Positions 35,004 to 43,486 of a stretch of 64,000 bases of DNA are shown here, piece after piece. Below the pieces are notes generated by a model. The model was not told the DNA's origin and did not search any database. It saw nothing but the letters and a program-made list of their open reading frames with translations. The position numbers and the translations under genes were made by a program. The stretch lies in the NCBI GenBank assembly GCA_038848005.1, contig JAWCNZ010000005.1:1647-65646 (forward strand). Reading direction: 5' to 3'. Numbering within the stretch: the first letter of the stretch is position 1; every line of letters begins with the position of its first letter. Source of the stretch: Candidatus Bathyarchaeia archaeon (GTDB lineage: Archaea; Thermoproteota; Bathyarchaeia; Bathyarchaeales; Bathycorpusculaceae).

Positions 35004-36668
35004 TTATCGAAACTTCTGTTCTTTTCTTTTCACTGCAGCTGTAACCGCCGCAAGCGTTAACAGCGTTATTAATGTTGCCAGCACGTTGAATTCTGGTACT
35101 ATGTGGGATTGGAAGTAGTTTCCAGCTGTTAGGGTTTGCGCTGTGTTATCTGCGTTGTCAATTGCCCTTATATAATAGACTATTGTGGTGCATACTGGAA
35201 AGTTGCTTGATGGTATAGTCGCCGCATACTCATCGCCCAATGTTTTCTGCATTGTAATGTTTATCCATTCTGTGGCGGAAATGTTGTAGGTTAGGGTTAC
35301 CTCCTTTATGGCGCTTAGGGCATCTGTAACATTTACTCTTACTGTTATGTTTTGACCTACGTCAACACTTACTATTACGTTTGGCTGCATCGTTGCTCCG
35401 GGTGGTGTTTGGTAGGGACTACTTATTGTTGGCGATGTGCCGTCAACTATTACGGCGTCTGTTTGGGTTGCCGTTGCGCTTAAACCGTAAATGTTGAATA
35501 TTGTTACGTCTAGGCTGTATTTTCCATCTGGCGCTGATTCTGGAATGGCTATTGAAACGGTTAGGGTTATGTCGGTTCCGGGGGTTATGGCTGTTTGGTT
35601 TGCCCCTTGTAGAACCGTGTACGTTGCGTTGTAAATTTTTATTGTTCCGTTTAGGGGATTAAGCTCTGTGTATTTTAATGTTAGTTCAAATGTTTGTCCT
35701 GGTTTTGTGTAGGCTGGATTATCGGTTGTTGGGCTTAGTATTTCAATTGTTGGAGCTGTCGGCGTGGTCGGTTGGACTGTTATGTAGTTTTGTTTTGTTT
35801 TTGTGTTGTCGTCGCCGTCTTGTTCTGTTACTGTTAGCGAAACCGTGTAAGTTCCAGCCGTGGTGTAGTTGTGCGTTGGGTTTTGTTGTGTGCTGTTTGT
35901 TCCGTCTCCGAAGTTCCAGAACAGCGATATAATGCCATCGTAGGATGTAGAGTTATCGTAGAAATTAACTGTTAACGGCGCTGTTCCGCTTGTGGGGGTT
36001 GCGTAGAAATCTGCTGTTGGCTTTGAATCGTAAACCGTAATATAATTTGGTTTTGTTGTTGTTGAGGTTATGTTTTCCCCAGCTTTGGTTCCGTTTACCG
36101 TAAGCGAAACCGTGTATGTTCCGTTTTGGAGGTAGGTGTGGGTTATGTTTGCGTTTGTTGTTATGGTTGTGTTTCCATCTCCGAAATTCCATGTATAGGC
36201 GGTTATGATGTCAAAAAATTTTGATTGGTCTATGAATTTGACTGTTAATGGTTCAGTTCCGCTGGTTACGTCAGACGTGAAATCTGCGTAGGCGGTAGGC
36301 ACAGCAACTGATAGGTTTAGTTGGGTTATTTCGCCAATGGTAAATGTGTAGTTTGTAGCATAAGTTTTTGCTACATAAAAGTGGATTAAATCGCCATTTC
36401 TGCCTCCCTCAATTGTCGGCGTGTCTGGGTCGTCGGCTGGAACCTGTAAATCGTAGCTTCCATTTGATGTTGTTGTACTTGCAAAAGTGACACTGTTGAT
36501 TACCGCTTCAATTAATGTTCCGTCTGGGGCAGGCGCCCCGCTTATTGTGACTGAACCCCAAAATCTATGGGGCATTTGAGGAACAGCGTTAATGTTTAGG
36601 AAGCTGACGGCGAATGCCAACAGCAGAATTATTATGCAGTATGTTATGGCTTTAATTTTTTGGGTCAT
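35004..36668 (-). CDS. Secreted protein with two PKD domains and a PEF-CTERM sorting signal
   Basis: Signal peptide, two WNFGDGN/WNFGDGT PKD cores, and the C-terminal PEFNVLATLITLLTLAAVTAAVKRKEQKFR. Confidence 0.7.
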   Translation of the reverse strand: MTQKIKAITYCIIILLLAFAVSFLNINAVPQMPHRFWGSVTISGAPAPDGTLIEAVINSVTFASTTTSNGSYDLQVPADDPDTPTIEGGRNGDLIHFYVAKTYATNYTFTIGEITQLNLSVAVPTAYADFTSDVTSGTEPLTVKFIDQSKFFDIITAYTWNFGDGNTTITTNANITHTYLQNGTYTVSLTVNGTKAGENITSTTTKPNYITVYDSKPTADFYATPTSGTAPLTVNFYDNSTSYDGIISLFWNFGDGTNSTQQNPTHNYTTAGTYTVSLTVTEQDGDDNTKTKQNYITVQPTTPTAPTIEILSPTTDNPAYTKPGQTFELTLKYTELNPLNGTIKIYNATYTVLQGANQTAITPGTDITLTVSIAIPESAPDGKYSLDVTIFNIYGLSATATQTDAVIVDGTSPTISSPYQTPPGATMQPNVIVSVDVGQNITVRVNVTDALSAIKEVTLTYNISATEWINITMQKTLGDEYAATIPSSNFPVCTTIVYYIRAIDNADNTAQTLTAGNYFQSHIVPEFNVLATLITLLTLAAVTAAVKRKEQKFR

Positions 36669-36703
36669 TATTTTTCATCTCCGTGAAATAAAAAGGGGAT
36701 GGT

Positions 36704-39067
36704 TTATGGGTATATCCAACCCTCTGTTCTCGCTGCCACCCAATAGCCTAAACCTATCGCCATGTTGCCGCTTGGTAGGACGTACTGGTAAGTTTGGGTT
36801 GTCGCGTTAAACATGTATAGCCGTACCCAGTCCACGCCACTTAGGTATGTTGAAGCGTTTACTACATCAAGTCTCTTGTAGCCTATTAGGTTCCATCCTG
36901 GCACAACATGGTAAACTCTTGGAATTGATGGTGGAGGTGGCTGTTCTGTACCTTGTATTATGAGTACGTTGTAGGCTGTTACTTTTATGAAGTAACCTTT
37001 GCCATCCACCATTGTTGTTAAGTCTTGTGGAGCGCCTGGAGCGTACGAATGCCATGAGCTTGTTTCTGCATCGTAATGCCAAACACTTACAAGTGTTTCC
37101 GCTTTTAGCAGTAATGAAAGGACGTTTGTTATTGAAGAGTTTGCCGGCACCAACGGAAGCGAAATTAGGTTCCAGTCCTTTTGAAGCACTATTGGATACC
37201 AAAGTCCTTCTGGGATTAAGCCTGTGTATACTATTGTTTTGTTGCCTTCGTTATATCCGTAGTCTCTCGCTGAAGCCGTTACGTTAACGTACTTTCCAGC
37301 ATAGGAAGTCATATTTAAAACTGTAATGTTGAGGAAAGCACCGTATTTGGCAGTTTCTTGCCATGTGGTTGCTATTAAGTGTGTGTACGTTACGTTTGCA
37401 ATGTTTGTGCCGTTAACGTATATTCTGTAGTCTTGAATTCCCACGGTGTCTCTGGCGTAGAGCCCATAGATTATAAGACCGCCACAGATTGGTTTTGCGG
37501 ATGTGAAACCGATTTCGTATGGTGGAATGTGGTCCCTCTGAATGTACACTGTCATTTCACTTGTGTGATTCTTTGGATGTGCAGTGTCAGTTACATTTAC
37601 GTAGATTATCCAATAGTTCTTTTCGAGTGTGAGGGCATAATTAGTTTCTATACACGCCCAAACAGTATATCCATTGTATTTGTTGCCAGTATCTGTGAAT
37701 GCCCATCCACTCTGCAGTGTACCGTTAATGTATATGCCAGTAAGCGGTCCGATGCTTTCGAGTTGGTAATCTGCAACAGTAACGTTTATGTCCACCTTGT
37801 CCAGGTCTTTTCCAATCCAGAATGTTGAGCCTACCGGAGTAGCGGGTGTCACTGTTATCCATATGAACGGTGGGACGTTATCCACAGTTGTGGAAACAAT
37901 TTTCGGATATTCTATTGCGCTATTTCCAATGTGGTCAGTTACATTTATTTGAATGGCTAAAGGTCCGTCGGATATTGCCGTGTTATTACGGTAATAAAAC
38001 TTGAAGTCGTAGGTACCGCTCACCGAGGGGTCAGCGGACAATGTAAATCTTGTGTCATTCAACACAACAGTAGGCACTTGATTTAGGTCATCGTGAACTG
38101 TGATGTTGAGCCACATGTAATTGCCATGACCAACAGAATAATGGCTCACTGCTGGAGCAGTTACACTTACTGTTGGCGGGGTATTGTCGCTTGTAACAAT
38201 TAGGTCCATCGTATCTGTTGCGTCAGCGGTGTTCTTAACATCCACAGTCCAAGTATAATCATTGGTGCTTCCAGCATTTCCGCCAGTCGTCATCTTAACC
38301 TTAAAGACAGCTGAGTATCCCTTGGCAATTTCATACCCACCAGTCGCTTTAAAGGATATCTTGTAATTCGTATGTGACTCTATCATCCATCCTGCTGGTG
38401 CAGTAACACCTTCAAACGTCCATCCATGTGTAGATGGATAAGTTACATTTACTTGATAAATTTGTGGAGTTGAGGCGTTGTTCTTCACTGTAATCTGAAA
38501 CTCTATGCTTTGACCCCTTCTCACTATGGTCGGCGTTATTGTAGCATCAAACCAAGGAGTTACATAAACATTTACACTTGCTGTACCGACTGATGTCCAC
38601 CCCTCCACATCTGTTCCATTATAACATTCAATTTGCCATGTTGCGCTTCCGGATTTTTGAACTATCATAGTCACGTTAAGTAGCGTCCAATTACCCATAT
38701 ACAGAGCGCCAGCCACAGTCGCATTTTGAAATGTAACAGTTCTACTGCCTGTGTTTACGTCTGTTACATTCCAATCTGTGCCGTTATCACCACTAACGTA
38801 TGCCCAACCTTGAGGCCATGTTATCGCCGTTTTGTTTATGAAAGTTGGTGATGTAACGTTGCTGGTTATGTTAAACAGAAACTTAACTTGCGGGTATGGA
38901 TATGCGCCTGAAACCGTCTCAGGCGTTAGTGTGCCATAAAAATTCTGAGATGTTCCGGTGAAACTAACGCTTTCCGCTGTTGGCGTGTATGTAAGTATTA
39001 GTGTTGATAGTAATAGTAGGCTTATGAACACTAACGATGTTGGTTTTTTCTTGTTCATGTTTTTCAC
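36704..39067 (-). CDS. Large secreted sequon-rich glycoprotein candidate (787 aa) with no C-terminal anchor
   Basis: Signal peptide MKNMNKKKPTSLVFISLLLLSTLILTY. About 28 N-x-S/T sequons by my manual count. No recognisable catalytic motif. Confidence 0.55.
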   Translation of the reverse strand: MKNMNKKKPTSLVFISLLLLSTLILTYTPTAESVSFTGTSQNFYGTLTPETVSGAYPYPQVKFLFNITSNVTSPTFINKTAITWPQGWAYVSGDNGTDWNVTDVNTGSRTVTFQNATVAGALYMGNWTLLNVTMIVQKSGSATWQIECYNGTDVEGWTSVGTASVNVYVTPWFDATITPTIVRRGQSIEFQITVKNNASTPQIYQVNVTYPSTHGWTFEGVTAPAGWMIESHTNYKISFKATGGYEIAKGYSAVFKVKMTTGGNAGSTNDYTWTVDVKNTADATDTMDLIVTSDNTPPTVSVTAPAVSHYSVGHGNYMWLNITVHDDLNQVPTVVLNDTRFTLSADPSVSGTYDFKFYYRNNTAISDGPLAIQINVTDHIGNSAIEYPKIVSTTVDNVPPFIWITVTPATPVGSTFWIGKDLDKVDINVTVADYQLESIGPLTGIYINGTLQSGWAFTDTGNKYNGYTVWACIETNYALTLEKNYWIIYVNVTDTAHPKNHTSEMTVYIQRDHIPPYEIGFTSAKPICGGLIIYGLYARDTVGIQDYRIYVNGTNIANVTYTHLIATTWQETAKYGAFLNITVLNMTSYAGKYVNVTASARDYGYNEGNKTIVYTGLIPEGLWYPIVLQKDWNLISLPLVPANSSITNVLSLLLKAETLVSVWHYDAETSSWHSYAPGAPQDLTTMVDGKGYFIKVTAYNVLIIQGTEQPPPPSIPRVYHVVPGWNLIGYKRLDVVNASTYLSGVDWVRLYMFNATTQTYQYVLPSGNMAIGLGYWVAARTEGWIYP

Positions 39068-39184
39068 GCTCGGTTTGTGATGTGTTGTTTTTGAAACAAT
39101 TATTAAAAACTTTTTAGGGGTTCAGATTCCGAACAAGAACAACACAAACTCCAATAAACGGAAAATGCCCCTCTAGAAATATAG

Positions 39185-39576
39185 TTAAGGTTCAACGCGC
39201 GGTATTTTTAAATTCTCAAAGTGTTTGTCGAAAGACACTATTGCTTCCGCATTTATCGCAAGTGCAGATGAATATTGAAGAGCATCATCCATGCTAAGAT
39301 TTTGATTTCCCGCAATTTCTATTGCGTTCACCTCATCCTTTATTGTTGTATAGTATATGTGGAGCCCCTTGTAGGCGGATAGGCTCAAAAGAAATTTTTA
39401 AGAGCTTCCAGCCCGCCCAGTCCGTCCAAGATGACGATTATGGAGTGAATGGAGAAATCCGTGACAACAGCGCCCTTTTTTCCATCTCTAAGCTCCCTCA
39501 AGAATTCTTTACATCTCTCTTTCCCAGCTCTACCCAAAAGAACCTCTAAGAAAATGTTAGTGTCAACCAGATACAT
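39185..39576 (-). pseudogene. vapC: PIN-domain toxin (VapC-like) split by a frameshift near 39385-39397
   Basis: The 63-aa N-terminal half (MYLVDTNIFLE...) and 67-aa C-terminal half (...DALQYSSALAINAEAIVSFDKHF) together make one PIN domain. The frames meet in an A5/T4 homopolymer stretch. Confidence 0.65.
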
Positions 39577-39841
39577 TTTTCAGCACTTTTGACATCCAAA
39601 ATTTTACGGCTTCATGTTGAAGGGAAACAGAGTCCAAATCAACATCCGATAATAATCCATCAATGGCTTCCACGGGGTCTCCATCAAACGTTAAGGCTTC
39701 AGCATCAACAGTTGAAACCCATTTTAAAATGGCTTCTTCAGCAGCCCTACTTAAAGCACCCTTTCCATAGCCGAACATTTTCATGGCTGTTTCCCTAAAT
39801 TTACGCTCAAGCCTTGCATCAATTTTAATGCGTAATGACAT
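39563..39841 (-). CDS. Putative antitoxin (ribbon-helix-helix-like) upstream of the broken PIN gene
   Basis: 92 aa, overlaps the PIN start by 14 nt. The N-terminus RIKIDARLERKFRETAMKMFG is RHH-like. Confidence 0.5.
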   Translation of the reverse strand: MSLRIKIDARLERKFRETAMKMFGYGKGALSRAAEEAILKWVSTVDAEALTFDGDPVEAIDGLLSDVDLDSVSLQHEAVKFWMSKVLKNVSG

Positions 39842-39993
39842 GCTTCATTGCCATCTGCTTATATCACTAAAAGGATATATATCCTTTTTGCCATAAGCCC
39901 TTTTGTCCAAAACAGCACATCCAAAAGGACAATAAAGAAATAAGTTTTTATCCATCCCAACCTTAATACAGCAAAACCAAAAGGAAAAACAAT

Positions 39994-41052
39994 ATGAACG
40001 AAACACCAATTGCCCAACAAACAAGTTTTGAACAAATAACTACGCTTGTTTCTGCACAATTCCAAATAGAAGAAGCTCTACTGGAACATGGCATACCAAC
40101 ATACTACCTAAAACAACCACAAGAAACAAAACAGGCATTTCTGAGACTTTTAAAAAGTTTGGAGCCAATAGGCTTTATTGGGTTTCTACGGAAAAGAAAT
40201 GGAAGAATTATTTTAAAGGTAATTCCGAAACTCCAGGCAAAACCAAGCGACACCAAAATCAATTGGCTGTTATTCTTCGCCACCATAGGTACAACCTTCA
40301 TTACTGGATATTGGCTCTCTGAACGCCTAATAAATCCCATAATCGGCGGAGCCACATTCACCATAGCCATAATGACTGTACTTGGCACGCATGAAATGGG
40401 ACACAAACTAACAGCGAATAAGAAGGGAATAGACGCAACCTTGCCATACTTTATTCCTGGACCACCACCATACGGAACATTCGGCGCAGTTATAATGCAA
40501 AGGTCTCTTCCACCGAACAGAGATGCAATGTTCGATGTAGGCGCTAACGGTCCAATTTCAGGCTTTATCATAGCAACAATTGTTAGTACAATAGGTTTGA
40601 TGATGCTTATTCCCTCATATCCAATTCAAGATTCATCTCCAATTCAAATTCCAATACTGTGGTTTTTGCTTGAACACTTGCTTTTAAGTTTGAATGCTTT
40701 TCCTCAACCCTCAAGTGGACAAGAATTGTATTTGCATCCCGTTGCCTTCGCTGGGTGGGCTGGAATCGTTGTCACAATGCTTAACCTTCTTCCAGCGGCA
40801 ATGCTTGATGGTGGACATGTGGCGCGTGCAGTTGTAGGTGAAAAACTAAGTACAATTCTAACTTTCTTGTCAATTTTATTTTTGCTTTTTGAAGGAGTTT
40901 GGTCTATGGCATTTTTCGTACTATTCTTGTCATTATATAGGCATCCAGGACCGCTGGATGACGTTTCCAGTCTTTCCGCAAGCAGAAAACTTTTCGCAAT
41001 GGTTTTAGTAGCAATTTTTGTTTTATGTTTTTTCCCATTTGGAATTTTTTAG
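39994..41052 (+). CDS. M50-family site-2 intramembrane metalloprotease
   Basis: HEMGHKL and NLLPAAMLDGGH motifs in a polytopic protein. Confidence 0.8.
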   Translation: MNETPIAQQTSFEQITTLVSAQFQIEEALLEHGIPTYYLKQPQETKQAFLRLLKSLEPIGFIGFLRKRNGRIILKVIPKLQAKPSDTKINWLLFFATIGTTFITGYWLSERLINPIIGGATFTIAIMTVLGTHEMGHKLTANKKGIDATLPYFIPGPPPYGTFGAVIMQRSLPPNRDAMFDVGANGPISGFIIATIVSTIGLMMLIPSYPIQDSSPIQIPILWFLLEHLLLSLNAFPQPSSGQELYLHPVAFAGWAGIVVTMLNLLPAAMLDGGHVARAVVGEKLSTILTFLSILFLLFEGVWSMAFFVLFLSLYRHPGPLDDVSSLSASRKLFAMVLVAIFVLCFFPFGIF

Positions 41053-41105
41053 CTTTCTAATTATTGTATTTTTGTTGAACGTGTAAACAGCAAAGTTTAT
41101 TAAAT

Positions 41106-41390
41106 ATGCCGATATCCGATACATATTCGGCAAAAAACATATCAACAAAAAACGGTGACCCTCACATGAGAGGATTACCAATCTTAATAACTTTCTTCAT
41201 GCTTTTCGCAGTTGCGTCTCTGCTGATTCCAGCGCCAATGTTTCCAGGAAACATTTTCTGCACATTAATCGGAGGGGCAATAAGCGAATATTCCGATTAT
41301 TTAAGCGCCATTTTCAACGGCGTTTTTTACAGTGTCATTTTATGGTTAATTTTCGTTTTAATAAGCAGAAGACTGCTTGAGGAAAAATAA
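41106..41390 (+). CDS. Small membrane protein, function unknown
   Basis: 94 aa with two predicted TM helices. Codon usage looks coding. No recognisable motif. Confidence 0.35.
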   Translation: MPISDTYSAKNISTKNGDPHMRGLPILITFFMLFAVASLLIPAPMFPGNIFCTLIGGAISEYSDYLSAIFNGVFYSVILWLIFVLISRRLLEEK

Positions 41391-41392
41391 AC

Positions 41393-41671
41393 CTAAGTTT
41401 CTGGTTGTAAAAGGAAGCCTACAAGCCTAATTTTGCTTTTACATTTGTTGCACATCAAAACCAACTCTGCAAGCTCATCGCCCTTAACCTTTGTTTCAAG
41501 AATTTGATAAACCTCTTCAGTTTCATCATCTGGAGATATTATAACTCCACATTTGGGGCATGGAAAAGCTCCGTCCCCATCGATTTTTGTCAAATCAATA
41601 GTGTAAGCCTTGCCTTTTTTGGCTGTTGCTTTATTCACGACGTTGGACACGGCAAACACCTTGAAAGCCAT
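41393..41671 (-). CDS. Zinc-ribbon protein, function unknown
   Basis: CPKC...CNKC pattern. 92 aa. Confidence 0.45.
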   Translation of the reverse strand: MAFKVFAVSNVVNKATAKKGKAYTIDLTKIDGDGAFPCPKCGVIISPDDETEEVYQILETKVKGDELAELVLMCNKCKSKIRLVGFLLQPET

Positions 41672-41797
41672 GGTTAAACGAGAACATAATTAACAATTAT
41701 GAATTTTCAATAAATATTGTAGGTACAACTGGCAAAATTTTATGAACTTTGCCCAAAAGTAACCTTTATTTATCGTTTATTTATATAAAAATTGCAT

Positions 41798-42301
41798 ATG
41801 AACGCCAAATTGGATGAAAAAGATTTAGCGATTTTAGCTTTGTTGCAGCAGAATTGCCGAATGACCGCACGGGAAATAGCCCAAAAAATCGGCTCGCCGA
41901 TAACAACGGTTTTTGCGAAAATGAAAAGGATGGAGCAACAGGAAATTATAAGGGAGTACAGAGCCGTTTTAGACGCTAAAAAACTTGATTGCGGCGCAAC
42001 AGCCTTTATCCTAGCGTCTTTCTCATACGGAAACGGAGAAAAACCCCTTTCGCAGAGGGAAATCGCCGCCCAAATTGCCAAGTTCCCAGAAGTGCAGGAA
42101 GTTCACATAATATCGGGGGATTGGGATATACTCATAAAAGTTAGGGAGAAAGATGTGGACGCTGTTGGAAAATTTGTGGTGGACAAATTGAGAACTGTTA
42201 AGGGGATAGAGAAGACCCTGACATGCATGGTTTTTGACACTCAAAAGGAAACAACAGAAATACCTCTACCATTAAACAAGAAAATGTTGAGTAAAATTTA
42301 A
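41798..42301 (+). CDS. lrp: Lrp/AsnC-family transcriptional regulator
   Basis: LDEKDLAILALLQQNCRMTAREIAQKIGSPITTVFAKMKRMEQQEII HTH, followed by a RAM-like C-terminal domain. TTG 41792 is an alternative start. Confidence 0.85.
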   Translation: MNAKLDEKDLAILALLQQNCRMTAREIAQKIGSPITTVFAKMKRMEQQEIIREYRAVLDAKKLDCGATAFILASFSYGNGEKPLSQREIAAQIAKFPEVQEVHIISGDWDILIKVREKDVDAVGKFVVDKLRTVKGIEKTLTCMVFDTQKETTEIPLPLNKKMLSKI

Positions 42302-42644
42302 TGAAGGCTTTATTGCTCCAAGATTTTAGAAATGTTTTTTTGAATCTTGGAAGTTTGTTTTTAATGACATCCCAAATGACTTCTAAATCTACTCCAAAGT
42401 ATTGATGAATGAGAATATCTCTTAATCCAGCTATCTTTTTCTATTCAACATTTGGATATTTTTCCTTTATGTTTTCTGGTATTCGCTTTACTGCCTCTCC
42501 AATGATTTCAAAGTTTCTTATTATGGCGTCAAGCACCATTTCATTCCTTGTGAACTCTTCAAAACTTAGGTTGGCAACGTATCTTTCGATTTTAGCAATT
42601 GCCTCCATGATGTCTTCAAGGTAAACCTTATAGTCCCGTGGCAT
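42198..42644 (-). pseudogene. hepT: HepT (DUF86) toxin interrupted by an in-frame TAG at 42441-42443
   Basis: The N-terminal 67 aa end at ...KYPNVE. TAG sits where the family has a conserved Trp. The conserved KKIAGLRDILIHQYFGVDLEVIWDVI continues in the same frame. The 3' end is uncertain; the frame stays open to 42198. Confidence 0.6.
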
Positions 42645-42944
42645 ATTCCACTTCTCTCATTATGTAGGGTTTTATTCTATGTTTTAAGGCATCTGAAATA
42701 ACTAAATCAACCTTGCATTTAAGCAGATTTTCGAGGAAAAATTTGAGTTCCATATAATTGTCAAAGGTTTTTTCCCTTTCTCAAATTCAACGAGAATGTC
42801 AATGTCGCTTTCATCTTTCTGTTCACCTCTAACAAAAGAACCAAACAAACCAAGCTTCTTTACGCCAAATTCTCTAATTTCTTTCATGTTTTCCTCAAGA
42901 GCCTTGAGAATTGCTTCTTTTGTAAACATTTTCATGCTCAACAC
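42628..42944 (-). pseudogene. mntA: MNT minimal nucleotidyltransferase antitoxin, frameshifted in a T6/A6 run at 42768-42773
   Basis: GLFGSFVRGEQKDESDIDILVEFEKGK is followed, in a shifted frame, by the expected TFDNYMELKFFLENLLKCKVDLV...EVEYATGL. That frame ends by overlapping the hepT ATG. Confidence 0.65.
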
Positions 42945-42969
42945 TAATTAACTTGGGCTCTTTTATGGT

Positions 42970-43401
42970 TTATAGTTTTCTGCTTGAATAGTATAGTAGG
43001 GGTAATGCAAGCAGTACAGTGTCTTTTCCTTTTTGTGTAAGGGTATATTTCACTCTTAGGGGCGGTCCAGCCTCAACAACTCTTTCGATATACGCGTGTT
43101 GTTTTAGGCTTTTTAGTTTGTCTGATAATGTGCGGGAGTTTACACCTAAAATTTTCTTTAGTTCGCCAAAGCCAATGGCGTCTCTGAGAAAGAGCGTGTA
43201 AAGTATTTCGAGGTTCCATTTTCTGGACAGTAAAGTGAAGCTTTCTTCTAGACTTTTTATGTCTGCCTTCAAGTCTTTTAGGCTTAAAGTCTTTTTCTCC
43301 AAAACATGCTTTAAAGTGTCTTCTATTCCTTCAAGTGTATGTTGGATGCGTGTTTCCACAAGTCTGCGGAGTTCATCGCTTAATGTTATTTGCGGGTTCA
43401 T
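42970..43401 (-). CDS. HxlR-type winged-helix transcriptional regulator with an N-terminal coiled-coil extension
   Basis: RKWNLEILYTLFL...FGELKKILGVNSRTLSDKLKSL...RVKYTLTQKG. Confidence 0.7.
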   Translation of the reverse strand: MNPQITLSDELRRLVETRIQHTLEGIEDTLKHVLEKKTLSLKDLKADIKSLEESFTLLSRKWNLEILYTLFLRDAIGFGELKKILGVNSRTLSDKLKSLKQHAYIERVVEAGPPLRVKYTLTQKGKDTVLLALPLLYYSSRKL

Positions 43402-43486
43402 TTCGCTATACCTAGTGTGGACGAGGTTACTTCATAATTTATAAAGGTTTACAAATACAACAAGGTATAGAAAATATATCTGTGAA

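Noticed and set aside
20268-39067. Treating the pilus/surface region as a mobile genomic island.
   Set aside because: I could see no integrase, transposase, flanking tRNA or direct repeats. Only a vapBC pair is present, so mobility is unsupported.
42441-42443. The in-frame TAG in hepT as pyrrolysine or programmed readthrough.
   Set aside because: It replaces a conserved Trp codon (a one-base TGG to TAG change). The partner MNT gene is also broken, and nothing in the window indicates Pyl machinery. A nonsense mutation or base-call error is simpler.
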